Part shown: positions 8,982-18,190 of the stretch, piece after piece | Layout: each line of letters begins with the position of its first letter | Position numbering within the stretch: the first letter of the stretch is position 1 | NCBI GenBank assembly: GCA_031553675.1 | Contig: JAVBLF010000023.1 | Location: 1,437 to 65,436, forward strand | DNA: 64,000 bases | Direction: 5' to 3' | DNA from: Eubacteriales bacterium | GTDB taxonomy: Bacteria > Bacillota > Clostridia > Christensenellales > CALWSW01 | Notes under the pieces: model-generated | Seen by the model: only the letters and a program-made list of their open reading frames with translations | What the model was told of the DNA's origin: nothing | Databases searched by the model: none | Position numbers and translations under genes: made by a program

Positions 8982-9959
8982 ATGAAGATGCGATTGGCGG
9001 GGCTTGCGTTGGCGTTCGTGTTGGGCCTGAGCGCGTGCCAAAACGAGCCGGTGGCTTCGCAGGAGGGCGGCGACACAGGCTCGGCCTTGGTGTTGGGCTT
9101 TTCGCAGCTCGGCTCGGAAAGCGCCTGGCGCACGGGCAATACGCGTTCGATCCAGCAGGCCGCGGAAAAGGCGGGCGTGCAACTCATGTTCAACAACGCC
9201 CAGCAAAAGCAGGAAAACCAGATCAAGGCGATCCGCTCCTACATTGCCTACCGCGTCGACGTGATCGCCTTTGCGCCGATCGTCGAGGACGGCTGGGATT
9301 CGGTGCTGAGCGAGGCAAAAGAAGCGGGCATCCCCGTGCTGCTTTGCGACCGCATGATCGAGACGAGCCACAAAGACCTCTACGCCGGTTTCATCGGTTC
9401 CGACTTTTACCAAGAAGGGATCAAGGCCGGGCATTTTTTGCTGAAGAAGACGAATGGACAGATCCGCAATTACCGGATCGCGGAATTGAGCGGAACGGCG
9501 AAATCCTCGCCCATGCGCGGCCGTTACGAAGGCTTTCGCGAGGCGATCGCGGGCGACAGACGCTTCGAGATCGTGTGCAGCTTGTCGGGCGATTTTTTGC
9601 GCTCGAAGGGCAAGCAGCGCATGAAGCAGATCCTCGACAGCTACGGCGACATCGATGTACTCTACTCGCACAACGATTCGATGACGCTCGGCGCGATCGA
9701 GGCGATGGAAGAGGCGGGCGTCGTGCCGGGCGTCGACGTGATCGTGATCTCGGTCGATGGTGAGCAGGGCGCGATCGATGCGCTGAAGGCCGGTAAGATC
9801 AACTGCGTCGTCGAGTGTACGCCTTTGATGGGGGACAAGGTGATCGATCTGGCCAAACAATTGGCGGCGGGCGAAAGCATCCCCGAGATGAGCTACAACG
9901 AGGAGCGCGTGTTCAGCGAGTACGACGACCTGCGCGACCTGGCGCCACGCGGGTATTGA
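8982..9959 (+). CDS. YtfQ-like periplasmic sugar-binding lipoprotein, probable sensor partner of the adjacent two-component system
   Basis: Lipobox LGLSAC. LVLGFSQLGSESAWRTGNT ... QQKQENQIKAIR ... YSHNDSMTLGAIEAMEEAG is closely parallel to E. coli YtfQ as I recall it. Lies immediately upstream of the kinase (4-nt gap). Confidence 0.8.
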   Translation: MKMRLAGLALAFVLGLSACQNEPVASQEGGDTGSALVLGFSQLGSESAWRTGNTRSIQQAAEKAGVQLMFNNAQQKQENQIKAIRSYIAYRVDVIAFAPIVEDGWDSVLSEAKEAGIPVLLCDRMIETSHKDLYAGFIGSDFYQEGIKAGHFLLKKTNGQIRNYRIAELSGTAKSSPMRGRYEGFREAIAGDRRFEIVCSLSGDFLRSKGKQRMKQILDSYGDIDVLYSHNDSMTLGAIEAMEEAGVVPGVDVIVISVDGEQGAIDALKAGKINCVVECTPLMGDKVIDLAKQLAAGESIPEMSYNEERVFSEYDDLRDLAPRGY

Positions 9960-9963
9960 GGCG

Positions 9964-11430
9964 ATGGAGAAGCGAAGGAAGTTTTGGCGGCTCTTCGACC
10001 GCGCTATGCCGCTCAGGAGCATCAAGCGACGGATCCGGACGGCGTTTTTGATCATCATCGCGCTGCTCTTGATTCCGGCGGGCGTCAACGTCGCGTTCAC
10101 CAGCATCCAGACGCGGCGCTACAACCAAATGATCGGGCGGGTGAGCCAGTCCGGACGCCTGACAAAGATCGTCTCGGAGGACATCCCGACCGAGGTCTAC
10201 GAGATCGTCGCGGGCCGCGTCCGCTTTTCGGAAGGGCGGCACTACGCGATCATGGCCGACGTCGATCGACAGATCGCGGATCTCTCGGCCCAATCGCCCG
10301 ATTCGAAGGGCAGCCGTCTGCTGATCGTCGTCGCGCGCGCCATGGGAAATCTGCGGGGGCAGCTCGATGCGCTCGGCCAGCAGATCGAGGCGGACGAGGC
10401 CGTGGACGAGCAGCTCAAGACGCTCGAACAGGTCAACAGCTCGGCCGCCGTCATCACCGACCTCCTGAGCGACTACATCCTCCTGGAACTGGAGGCGGCG
10501 GGCGAGGCCAGCCAGGCGATCGGCGTCGCTTCGCGCGTGACGGTGACGATCGAGATCGTGCTGACCGTGGCGGTCTGCGTCTTTGCCTTCGTCACGCAGG
10601 GCGAGGTGTCGCGCAGCATTTCCAAGCCGATCTACGAGCTCGAAACCCTGGCCGAGCGCATCGCCCAGGGCGACCTGAACGCCCGCGCCGAGGCGACCGA
10701 CGTCGAAGAGCTTCGTTCGCTGACAGCCAGCCTCAACGCCATGGCCATCCGCCTCCAAGCGCTGATCGACGCTAACACGCGCGAACAGCAAAACCTGAAA
10801 AAGTCGGAAATGCGGACCCTGCAAGCGCAGATCACGCCGCACTTCCTTTACAACACCCTCGAAGCGATCATGTGGCTGGCCGAGCGCAAACGCACCGAAG
10901 AAGTGATCGAGATCACAAAAGCCATGTCGAACTTTTTCCGCATCGCGCTCAGCCGGGGACAGGACTGGATCTCCGTCGCGCAGGAAATCGAGCACGTCGA
11001 GAGCTACCTCGTGGTGCAGCGCTTTCGCTACAGCGACATCCTCGACTACCGGATCGACATCGACGATCGCCTCGGCGGCCAGCGGATCCTGAAGCTCTTG
11101 CTTCAACCCCTCGTCGAGAACGCGATCTACCATGGCATCAAGCTGCGCCGCGGACGGGGATCGATCGCCGTACGGGGGTGGCTTGCGGGCGACCGGATGT
11201 GCTTCGCGGTTGAGGACGACGGCATCGGCATGGTCGAAGCGCGTCTCGCCGAAGTGCGCGCCCAGCTCGGCAAAGAAGTGCCCGACGGCGACGGCTACGG
11301 CCTCTACAACGTCGACAAGCGGCTCCGGCTCTACTACGACGAAAACGCGGGGCTTTCGGTCGAAAGCCGCTACGGAGCTGGCACGACGGTGTCTTTTTGT
11401 GTGCCGGTACAGGAGGAAAGCGATGTATAA
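9964..11430 (+). CDS. Sensor histidine kinase, YesM/LytS-type (His_kinase + HATPase)
   Basis: Two TM segments, a HAMP-like linker, the H-box QITPHFLYNTLEAI and a C-terminal ATPase (DDGIGM ... GYGLYNV). Confidence 0.85.
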   Translation: MEKRRKFWRLFDRAMPLRSIKRRIRTAFLIIIALLLIPAGVNVAFTSIQTRRYNQMIGRVSQSGRLTKIVSEDIPTEVYEIVAGRVRFSEGRHYAIMADVDRQIADLSAQSPDSKGSRLLIVVARAMGNLRGQLDALGQQIEADEAVDEQLKTLEQVNSSAAVITDLLSDYILLELEAAGEASQAIGVASRVTVTIEIVLTVAVCVFAFVTQGEVSRSISKPIYELETLAERIAQGDLNARAEATDVEELRSLTASLNAMAIRLQALIDANTREQQNLKKSEMRTLQAQITPHFLYNTLEAIMWLAERKRTEEVIEITKAMSNFFRIALSRGQDWISVAQEIEHVESYLVVQRFRYSDILDYRIDIDDRLGGQRILKLLLQPLVENAIYHGIKLRRGRGSIAVRGWLAGDRMCFAVEDDGIGMVEARLAEVRAQLGKEVPDGDGYGLYNVDKRLRLYYDENAGLSVESRYGAGTTVSFCVPVQEESDV

Positions 11431-13024
11431 GGTCTTCATCGTTGACGACGAGATCTTTGTGCGCGAAAGCTTCCGCGAACAGATCGACCGCCAGGGGAGC
11501 GGCTTTGTGTTGGCGGGCGAGGCGTCCGACGGCGAGATGGCACTCTCCATGATCAAGGATCTCAAGCCGGACATCCTCGTCACTGACATCCGTATGCCCT
11601 TCATGGACGGCATCGAGCTGGCGCGGATCGTCAAGCGCACCATGCCCTGGGTGAAGATCGTCATCCTAAGCGGCCACGACGAATTCGAGTATGCGCAAAA
11701 GGCGATCTCGATCGGCGTCGAGGACTACATCCTGAAACCCATCCGCGCGACCGAGCTCATCGGCGCACTCGAAAAAGCCGCCCGCGTCATCGAGGAAAGC
11801 CTGGCCGAACGCGCCGACTACGAGGCACTCAAAGCTTCGTGGGAGAGCGTGGCGGCCTTGAACGAGGAAGAGCTCTTCTCCGAGCTGATCGCTGGCGAGG
11901 TGTCGAGCGCTGCCGCCATCGACCGCGCCACCGCCATGCACGTCGACCTCGTCGCGCAGCGTTACGTCGTCGTGATCACACAGCTCTTGACCGAAGAAGT
12001 TTCCAAGCGAGCCCTTTTCACGCTTCGCGCCCAACTCAAGGCCCTCGCCGCCGACAACCCCGAGGTCTGGCAGTCCTACCGCGGCATCGACCGCCTCGTG
12101 ACGATCGTGATGGGGGAGAGCGACGAAGCGACGCTGGAGCGGGCCTACGCCTTCGCACAGGCTGTGCAGCACGAGACGGCTCGCGACGGCGAAAGCGCCA
12201 TCGCGATCGGCATCGGGTCGATCGCCGATCGCTTGTCCGGCATTCCGCGATCCTTTTTCGACGCCGACCAGATCCACAAACGGCTGGGCGATCTGGCGCG
12301 CGGCAAAGTCTTTTACAGCGTGGACCTCGAAAGCGCCGAGTCGGTGCCCGCCATGCGCTTTGAGGACGTTCCGACCTACGAGCAGCTCAAAAACGCGTCG
12401 GCGGCCGACATCCCCGTTTTGGTTGAGCGGTTTCAAAACCCGATCTGGACCGGCGGCCTGCAATCGACGCTGATGAAAACCTACATCGCCATGGAAGTGC
12501 TCTTGTCTTGTTCGCGCCTCATCCAGGAGAGCGGCGGCGATCCGTCCGAGATCCTGCCCGAAACGCGACAGGTCGGCGCGATTGCGGCGGCGCTGAACGA
12601 AAGCGACGGCCTGCGCGCGACGATCGAAAGCGTGCTGCGGCGCACCATCCGCTTTCGGGATGCGGGCTACGGCACGAAATACGGCGCGATCATCCGCAAA
12701 GCCCAGGCCTTCATCGCCGAGCACTACGCCAGCCCGGACATCTCGCTGCACACGGTTTCGGCGCACGTCGCACTGTCGAGCAACCACTTTTGCACGGTCT
12801 ACGCCCAGGAGTGCGGGCAGTCCTTCATCGAATACCTGACGATGATCCGCGTCCAGCACGCGAAAAAGCTGCTGCGTGACCCGTCCAGGCGCACGAGCGA
12901 GATCGCCTACGCCGTCGGCTACAACGACCCGCACTACTTCAGCTACATCTTCAAAAAGCAGACCGGTTTGACCCCCCGCGACTACCGCGCGAAGGCGAAA
13001 GCGTCCGACGCGAACGAGTCTTGA
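11423..13024 (+). CDS. Response regulator with AraC-type HTH output (YesN-like)
   Basis: The ATG at 11423 follows AGGAGG and overlaps the kinase stop. REC domain (VFIVDDE ... DIRMPFMDG). C-terminal AraC HTH (AYAVGYNDPHYFSYIFKKQTGLTPRDYR). Confidence 0.85.
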   Translation: MYKVFIVDDEIFVRESFREQIDRQGSGFVLAGEASDGEMALSMIKDLKPDILVTDIRMPFMDGIELARIVKRTMPWVKIVILSGHDEFEYAQKAISIGVEDYILKPIRATELIGALEKAARVIEESLAERADYEALKASWESVAALNEEELFSELIAGEVSSAAAIDRATAMHVDLVAQRYVVVITQLLTEEVSKRALFTLRAQLKALAADNPEVWQSYRGIDRLVTIVMGESDEATLERAYAFAQAVQHETARDGESAIAIGIGSIADRLSGIPRSFFDADQIHKRLGDLARGKVFYSVDLESAESVPAMRFEDVPTYEQLKNASAADIPVLVERFQNPIWTGGLQSTLMKTYIAMEVLLSCSRLIQESGGDPSEILPETRQVGAIAAALNESDGLRATIESVLRRTIRFRDAGYGTKYGAIIRKAQAFIAEHYASPDISLHTVSAHVALSSNHFCTVYAQECGQSFIEYLTMIRVQHAKKLLRDPSRRTSEIAYAVGYNDPHYFSYIFKKQTGLTPRDYRAKAKASDANES

Positions 13025-13267
13025 GCGCGCGATTCTACCTTGCAATCCGGCAAAGGGCAATTTCTTCGGCGAAGATATTGCCCTTTTTTTGTGCGGCGTG
13101 TCCATTCCGAAGATCGTCACCCAAATTCGGTAGGCTCTCCATTTCGCAAAGCGCTGCCGCCACGTACAATCAAAGCATCGAGCGCCGCGATCCGGCGCGC
13201 ATTGCATCGAATCGAATCTAGCGCCCTGTCTGGCGCACCTCGAAGACCAAACGTGGAGGGAAATCGC

Positions 13268-14332
13268 ATGAAAAAGTGGATCTCTGTCTTGCTCGCGGTC
13301 TTGATGATCGCATCGCTGGCCGCTTGCTCGTCTCCGACGGCCGAAACACCCCCCGCCGAAGCCCCCGCTGCCGACGACAAAGCGGCCGAAGCCCCTGCCG
13401 CCGAAGCCGAAGCACCTGCGGCCGACAAGAAGATCGTCGTCGGCTTCTCGCAGATCGGCGCCGAATCCGACTGGCGCGTCGCCAACACAAACAGCATCAA
13501 GACCGCCGTCGAAGAAGCGGGCTTCGAACTGATCTTCGACGACGCTCAGCAGAAACAGGAAAACCAGATCAAAGCCATCCGCAACTTCATCACCCAGGGC
13601 GTCGATGTCATCGCGTTCAGCCCCGTCGTCGAGAGCGGCTGGGATGAAGTCATCGCCGAAGTGAACGACGCCGAGATCCCGCTCATCCTCGTCGACCGCA
13701 GCACCGACATCGAAGGCGACGACTATTACGCCACCTTCATGGGTTCTGATTTCAAAGCCGAAGGCGTCAAAGCCGGCAAATGGCTCATCGACTACATGGA
13801 CAAGGCCGGACGCGCCAGCGACCCGATCGTGATCGTCCAGCTTGAAGGCACCGTCGGCTCCGCCCCCGCCAATGACCGCGCGAGCGGCTTCAAAGAAGCG
13901 ATCGCCGACAAGACGAACTTCACGATCGCCGCCAGCCAGACCGGCAACTTCACCCGTGCCGAAGGCCAGCAGGTCATGGAGAGCTTCCTCAAGTCCGTTC
14001 CGAAGATCGACGTCCTCTACGCCCATAACGACGACATGGCGCTCGGCGCGATCGACGCCATCAAGGCAGCCGGCCTCAAGCCCGGCGAAGACATCATCAT
14101 CATCGGCGTCGACGCCGTCAAGAAGGCATTCGAAGCGATCGTCGCCGGCGAGATGAACTGCACCGTCGAGTGCAGCCCGCTGCTCGGACCGCAGCTCGTC
14201 GACAACATCAACAAGCTCATGGCGGGCGAAACCCTGCCCAAGCGCACCGATACCATTGAGTCCTACTACGACACGAATGGCGAATTCGGCGCGACCAAAG
14301 CGGCCGACGTGCTCGACCAAAGGGTATATTAA
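13268..14332 (+). CDS. ytfQ: Galactofuranose/arabinofuranose-type ABC substrate-binding lipoprotein (YtfQ-like)
   Basis: Lipobox LAAC, an Ala/Pro/Glu linker, then IVVGFSQIGAESDWRVANT ... QQKQENQIKAIRNF ... YAHNDDMALGAIDAIKAAGLKPGED, which matches my recollection of E. coli YtfQ nearly block for block. Confidence 0.8.
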   Translation: MKKWISVLLAVLMIASLAACSSPTAETPPAEAPAADDKAAEAPAAEAEAPAADKKIVVGFSQIGAESDWRVANTNSIKTAVEEAGFELIFDDAQQKQENQIKAIRNFITQGVDVIAFSPVVESGWDEVIAEVNDAEIPLILVDRSTDIEGDDYYATFMGSDFKAEGVKAGKWLIDYMDKAGRASDPIVIVQLEGTVGSAPANDRASGFKEAIADKTNFTIAASQTGNFTRAEGQQVMESFLKSVPKIDVLYAHNDDMALGAIDAIKAAGLKPGEDIIIIGVDAVKKAFEAIVAGEMNCTVECSPLLGPQLVDNINKLMAGETLPKRTDTIESYYDTNGEFGATKAADVLDQRVY

Positions 14333-14365
14333 TCTCCCAAACTCACGCTTTCCCAATATGGCCCG

Positions 14366-14598
14366 GCGTTGCGGCCGCTCACACGAGCGGCCTAAACGCA
14401 TATCCGGAGGGGACGTTGAGGGGCATCGCCCCTCAAACACCCCACCAAAGGGTTATGAACCCTTTGGTAGGGGTTTGGGGACAAAGTCCCCTAGCCGTTT
14501 TCATGTTTGTGCTACGGTATGTGCGCACCAAGAAATCGTTGGAAAGGGATTCCAAAGGGTTCACAACCCTTTGGTAGGGGTTTGGGGACAAAGTCCCC
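14366..14598 (+). repeat. Array of five GC-rich hairpins, including a 47-nt direct repeat (14445-14491 and 14552-14598)
   Basis: Hairpins read directly: GCGTT..GGCCGCTC-ACAC-GAGCGGCC..AACGC (14366-14399) and TTGAGGGGC-ATC-GCCCCTCAA (14416-14436). Two copies of CCAAAGGGTT-NNN-AACCCTTTGG TAGGGGTTT GGGGAC-AAA-GTCCCC differ only in the 3-nt loop (ATG vs CAC). Confidence 0.85.
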
Positions 14599-14621
14599 AA
14601 AAAAGCTGTATAAAAAACGAG

Positions 14622-16133
14622 GTGTATGGCTTGGACAAGATTCTAGAGATGCGGGGCGTCGACATCGCGTTTCCGGGCGTCAAGGCGCTCAAAGGGGTCG
14701 ATTTCTCGCTTCGTCGCGGCGAGGTACACGCGCTGATGGGCGAGAACGGCGCGGGCAAGTCGACGCTGATCAAGTGCCTGACGGGCGTATACCACATGGA
14801 TGCGGGGACCATTGCGTTGCGCGGTGCGCCCATCACGCCCACGACGCCGCAAGCCGCTGTCGAGATGGGGATCAGCACGGTCTACCAGGAAGTCAACCTC
14901 TGCCCCAACCTCAGCGTGGCGGAAAACATCTTCATCGGGCGCGAGCCGGTCAAACAAGGGCGCGTCGATTGGCGGACGATCTACCAGCGCAGCCGCGACG
15001 TTTTGGCGCGCTTTCACATCGACGTCGACGTCACGCAGGCGCTGTCGAGCTTTTCGGTCGCCGTGCAGCAGCTCGTCTCGATCGCGCGCGCCGTCGACAT
15101 CTCGGCCGACATCCTGATCCTCGATGAACCGACGTCGAGCCTCGACGAAAGCGAGGTCGAACGGCTCTTCGCCGTCGTGCGGCAACTGAAAGAAGAGGGC
15201 ATGGCGGTCGTGTTCATCACCCACTTTCTCGATCAGGTCTACGCGATCTGCGATCGGATCACGGTGCTTCGAAACGGCGAGCTCGTCGGATCCTATGAAA
15301 TCGAGAGTTTGCCGAAGATCGAGCTCGTGACCAAGATGATCGGCAAGGAACTGACCGAGATCTCGACGATCGCCCGCGTCGAAAGGCCGGAAGGCTACGA
15401 ACACAACGTGCTCGTCGAGGCGGCTGAAATCGGGGTTGCGGGGAAGGTCGAAAACGTGAACCTGACGCTTCGGAGCGGCGAGATCCTGGGCTTGGCCGGT
15501 TTGCTGGGATCGGGGCGCACCGAGGTCGCAAACATGATCTTCGGCGTCGACAAAGTGGAGCACGGTACCCTCAAGGTCAAGGGGGCGATCGCGCACTTTT
15601 CGAGTCCGTCGGCGGCGATCCGAAACCGCATCGCCTTCTGCCCCGAGGATCGCAAGCGCGACGGCATCATCGCCGACCTGTCGATCCGAGAAAACATCGT
15701 GTTGGCGATCCAGGGGCGCACAGGCTTTAAGCGGATCCCGCTCAAAAAACAGCAGGAGATCGCAGACAAATACATCGAGCTCCTCCACATCGCGACGCCC
15801 GACGCCGAAAAGAAGATCGGCGAGCTCTCGGGCGGCAACCAGCAGAAAGTCATCTTGGCGCGCTGGCTGGCGAGCGAGCCGGAGCTCTTGATCCTCGACG
15901 AACCGACGCGCGGCATCGACGTCGGCGCGAAAGCCGAGGTGCAAAAGATTACGCTGTCGCTCTGCGAGCAGGGCATGTCGGTGCTCTTCATTTCCTCCGA
16001 ACTCGACGAGGTCATCCGCTGCTCGAACCGCATCTGCGTCATGCGCGACCAAAAGATGATCGCCGAGCTCGATTCCGAGGATGTCGATCAACAGGCCATA
16101 CTCAACGCCATCGCGGGAGGTGAAAGCGCTTGA
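14622..16133 (+). CDS. ytfR: Sugar ABC transporter ATP-binding protein, duplicated cassette (YtfR-like)
   Basis: ILEMRGVDIAFPGVKALKGVDFSLRRGEVHALMGENGAGKSTLIKCLTGVYH ... LSGGNQQKV is colinear with E. coli YtfR as recalled. The start is ambiguous: GTG 14622, TTG 14631 or ATG 14649. Homology favours a start upstream of ILEMRG. Confidence 0.85.
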   Translation: MYGLDKILEMRGVDIAFPGVKALKGVDFSLRRGEVHALMGENGAGKSTLIKCLTGVYHMDAGTIALRGAPITPTTPQAAVEMGISTVYQEVNLCPNLSVAENIFIGREPVKQGRVDWRTIYQRSRDVLARFHIDVDVTQALSSFSVAVQQLVSIARAVDISADILILDEPTSSLDESEVERLFAVVRQLKEEGMAVVFITHFLDQVYAICDRITVLRNGELVGSYEIESLPKIELVTKMIGKELTEISTIARVERPEGYEHNVLVEAAEIGVAGKVENVNLTLRSGEILGLAGLLGSGRTEVANMIFGVDKVEHGTLKVKGAIAHFSSPSAAIRNRIAFCPEDRKRDGIIADLSIRENIVLAIQGRTGFKRIPLKKQQEIADKYIELLHIATPDAEKKIGELSGGNQQKVILARWLASEPELLILDEPTRGIDVGAKAEVQKITLSLCEQGMSVLFISSELDEVIRCSNRICVMRDQKMIAELDSEDVDQQAILNAIAGGESA

Positions 16134-17182
16134 AACGGAACGACTTTTGGCATTCCAAGGTATTTTGGGCTCTGATGGCGCTGGCGCTCTTGCTTGTGGT
16201 CAGCGTCCTGATCGACCCGAACTTCTTCAAACTCAGCGTACAGCGCGACACCGGCATGCTCTACGGGAGCCTGGTCGACATCGTGAACCGCGCGAGCGAG
16301 ATCATGATCATCGCCTTCGGCATGACGCTCGTGATCGCCGTGACGGGCGGCACAGATCTGTCGGTCGGCGCGGTCGTGGCACTGTCGGGCGCGGTGGCGG
16401 TGGCGCTGATCCGCGGCGACACCGTGATGGCGGACAACGCATCGGCGGCACCTTTCGGCCTCGTGATACTGGCGCCCCTTCTCGTGGCGGCGGTATGCGG
16501 GCTGTGGAACGGTCTTCTCGTCGCCAAGGCGGGCATCCAGCCGATCATCGCGACGCTGATCCTCATGGTGGCGGGGCGCGGCATGGCCCAGCTCATCACG
16601 GGGGCGCGACTGCTAACGACGGGCTTTCCGCCCTTTCTGGCGATCGGGCGCGGCCATTTTCTGTCCATCCCGATCCCGGTGTGGATCTGGATCGCCGTGC
16701 TCGCGCTCATGCTGCTTGTGACCAAGTTCACTTCGCTTGGCATCTTCATCGAGGCGATCGGCATCAACCGGAGTGCTTCGCGTTACGCCGGTGTGAACGC
16801 GACGGGCGTCATCATACTGACCTACGTGATCACGGGCGTGTGCGCGGGCGTGGCGGGCTTGATGTACGCGTCGCGCATCGGCGTGGCCGACGCCAACAAC
16901 GCGGGGCTTTACTACGAGCTCGACGCGATCCTGGCCGTCGTCATCGGCGGCACGAGCATGACGGGCGGCAAGTTCAGCCTGGTGGGGACGATGATCGGGG
17001 CGCTGATCATCCGCACGATCATCACGATGGTCTACTACTTCGGCATCGCGGCCGAGGCGACGATGGTGTTCAAGGCGGCGATCGTCGTGGCGGTCATATT
17101 GCTGCAATCGGCACCGGTACGGCAGTTCTTTGCCCAGCGGAAGAAGGGCGCCGTCAAGCCGGCGCATTCGGAGGTGGCTTAA
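16130..17182 (+). CDS. ytfT: Sugar ABC transporter permease (YtfT-like)
   Basis: Polytopic ribose-type permease whose start overlaps the ATPase stop. Motifs GGTDLSVGAV and IGGTSMTGGKFS. Confidence 0.8.
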   Translation: MKRNDFWHSKVFWALMALALLLVVSVLIDPNFFKLSVQRDTGMLYGSLVDIVNRASEIMIIAFGMTLVIAVTGGTDLSVGAVVALSGAVAVALIRGDTVMADNASAAPFGLVILAPLLVAAVCGLWNGLLVAKAGIQPIIATLILMVAGRGMAQLITGARLLTTGFPPFLAIGRGHFLSIPIPVWIWIAVLALMLLVTKFTSLGIFIEAIGINRSASRYAGVNATGVIILTYVITGVCAGVAGLMYASRIGVADANNAGLYYELDAILAVVIGGTSMTGGKFSLVGTMIGALIIRTIITMVYYFGIAAEATMVFKAAIVVAVILLQSAPVRQFFAQRKKGAVKPAHSEVA

Positions 17183-18190
17183 ATGCAGACGCTGACACGA
17201 GGCGCCAAGCGGCTTTTCAACCCCAAATACATCACGCTGACGACAACGATCACGCTGCTTCTTCTCTTTTACGTGGTCGGCGTCGCGATCTATGGTGGCA
17301 AGGGCTTTTTCACGATGCGCACCTTCATGAACCTCTTCATCGACAACGCACACATCGGCATCTCGGCGGTCGGCATGACGCTGGTTTTGATCTCGGGCGG
17401 CATCGACCTGTCGGTGGGTGCGGTGGCGGCGCTGACGACCATGCTGATCGCCTTTGGCAGCGAAAAGCTGGGGATCGACCCCTTCGTGTGCGCGCTCTTT
17501 GCGCTCGCCATGGGGGCATTGCTGGGCTTTGCGATGGGCGGCATGATACAGGTCTTCCAGGTGCCGCCCTTCATCGCGACGCTGTCGGGCATGTTCTTTT
17601 CGCGGGGTTTGTGCGCAATCATCAGCCGCGACTCGATCGCGATCCGCGCGGCGAACTTCGGGGCCTTGGCGTCCTGGAAGATCGCGCTGGTGCAGAAACC
17701 CAAAGCCTTCATCAACTTCCCCGTCTTCCTTTTTCTCGCCGTTCTCTTGATCGGTATCTACGTAACGCGATATACTAGGTTTGGCCGCAACGTCTACGCG
17801 ATCGGGGGCAATGAGCAGTCGGCCCGCCTGATGGGTCTGCCCGTCGCGCGGACGAAGATCGCGGTGTACACGATCAACGGCTTTTGCAGCGCCTTGGCTG
17901 GCATCGCGTTTGCGCTTTACACGAAGTCGGGCTGGTCGCTCAACCTGAACGGTATGGAGCTCGACGTGATCGCGGCGGCGGTGATCGGGGGCACGCTCTT
18001 GACGGGCGGCGTCGGCTCGGTCTTCGGGACGCTGTTCGGCGTGCTGATGCTCGCGCTGATACCGACCTTCATCACCTTCAACGGAAAGCTCGATTCCTGG
18101 TGGGGGAAGATCTTCATCGGGGTGCTTCTCTTGGCCTTCATCGGCCTACAGCGTGTCGTGGTCGTATCGTCGGCGAAGCGAAAAACGTAA
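17183..18190 (+). CDS. yjfF: Sugar ABC transporter permease (YjfF-like)
   Basis: Second paralogous permease, starting 1 nt after the previous stop. Motifs GGIDLSVGAV, GGNEQSARLMGLPV and IGGTLLTGGVGS. Confidence 0.8.
   Translation: MQTLTRGAKRLFNPKYITLTTTITLLLLFYVVGVAIYGGKGFFTMRTFMNLFIDNAHIGISAVGMTLVLISGGIDLSVGAVAALTTMLIAFGSEKLGIDPFVCALFALAMGALLGFAMGGMIQVFQVPPFIATLSGMFFSRGLCAIISRDSIAIRAANFGALASWKIALVQKPKAFINFPVFLFLAVLLIGIYVTRYTRFGRNVYAIGGNEQSARLMGLPVARTKIAVYTINGFCSALAGIAFALYTKSGWSLNLNGMELDVIAAAVIGGTLLTGGVGSVFGTLFGVLMLALIPTFITFNGKLDSWWGKIFIGVLLLAFIGLQRVVVVSSAKRKT

Noticed and set aside
8562-11664. Two long minus-strand ORFs (8562..10106 and 9913..11664)
   Set aside because: They are antisense to the sensor binding-protein and histidine-kinase genes, have no motifs, and share the same biased composition. 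The same reasoning applies to 454..1527(+), 1478..3031(+), 14643..16091(-), 17917..19158(-), 19219..20844(-), 23909..25510(-), 30558..32294(-), 32162..33439(-), 37278..38696(-), 45828..47501(+), 47414..48985(+) and 48838..49848(+).
11666-14440. 924-aa ORF on the minus strand, the longest in the left half of the window
   Set aside because: It runs antisense to the response-regulator and ytfQ-like genes, which have clear homology. Its translation is Arg/Gly/Asp/Val/Ala-rich low complexity with no recognisable motif and no RBS. This is the typical shadow ORF of a GC-rich genome.
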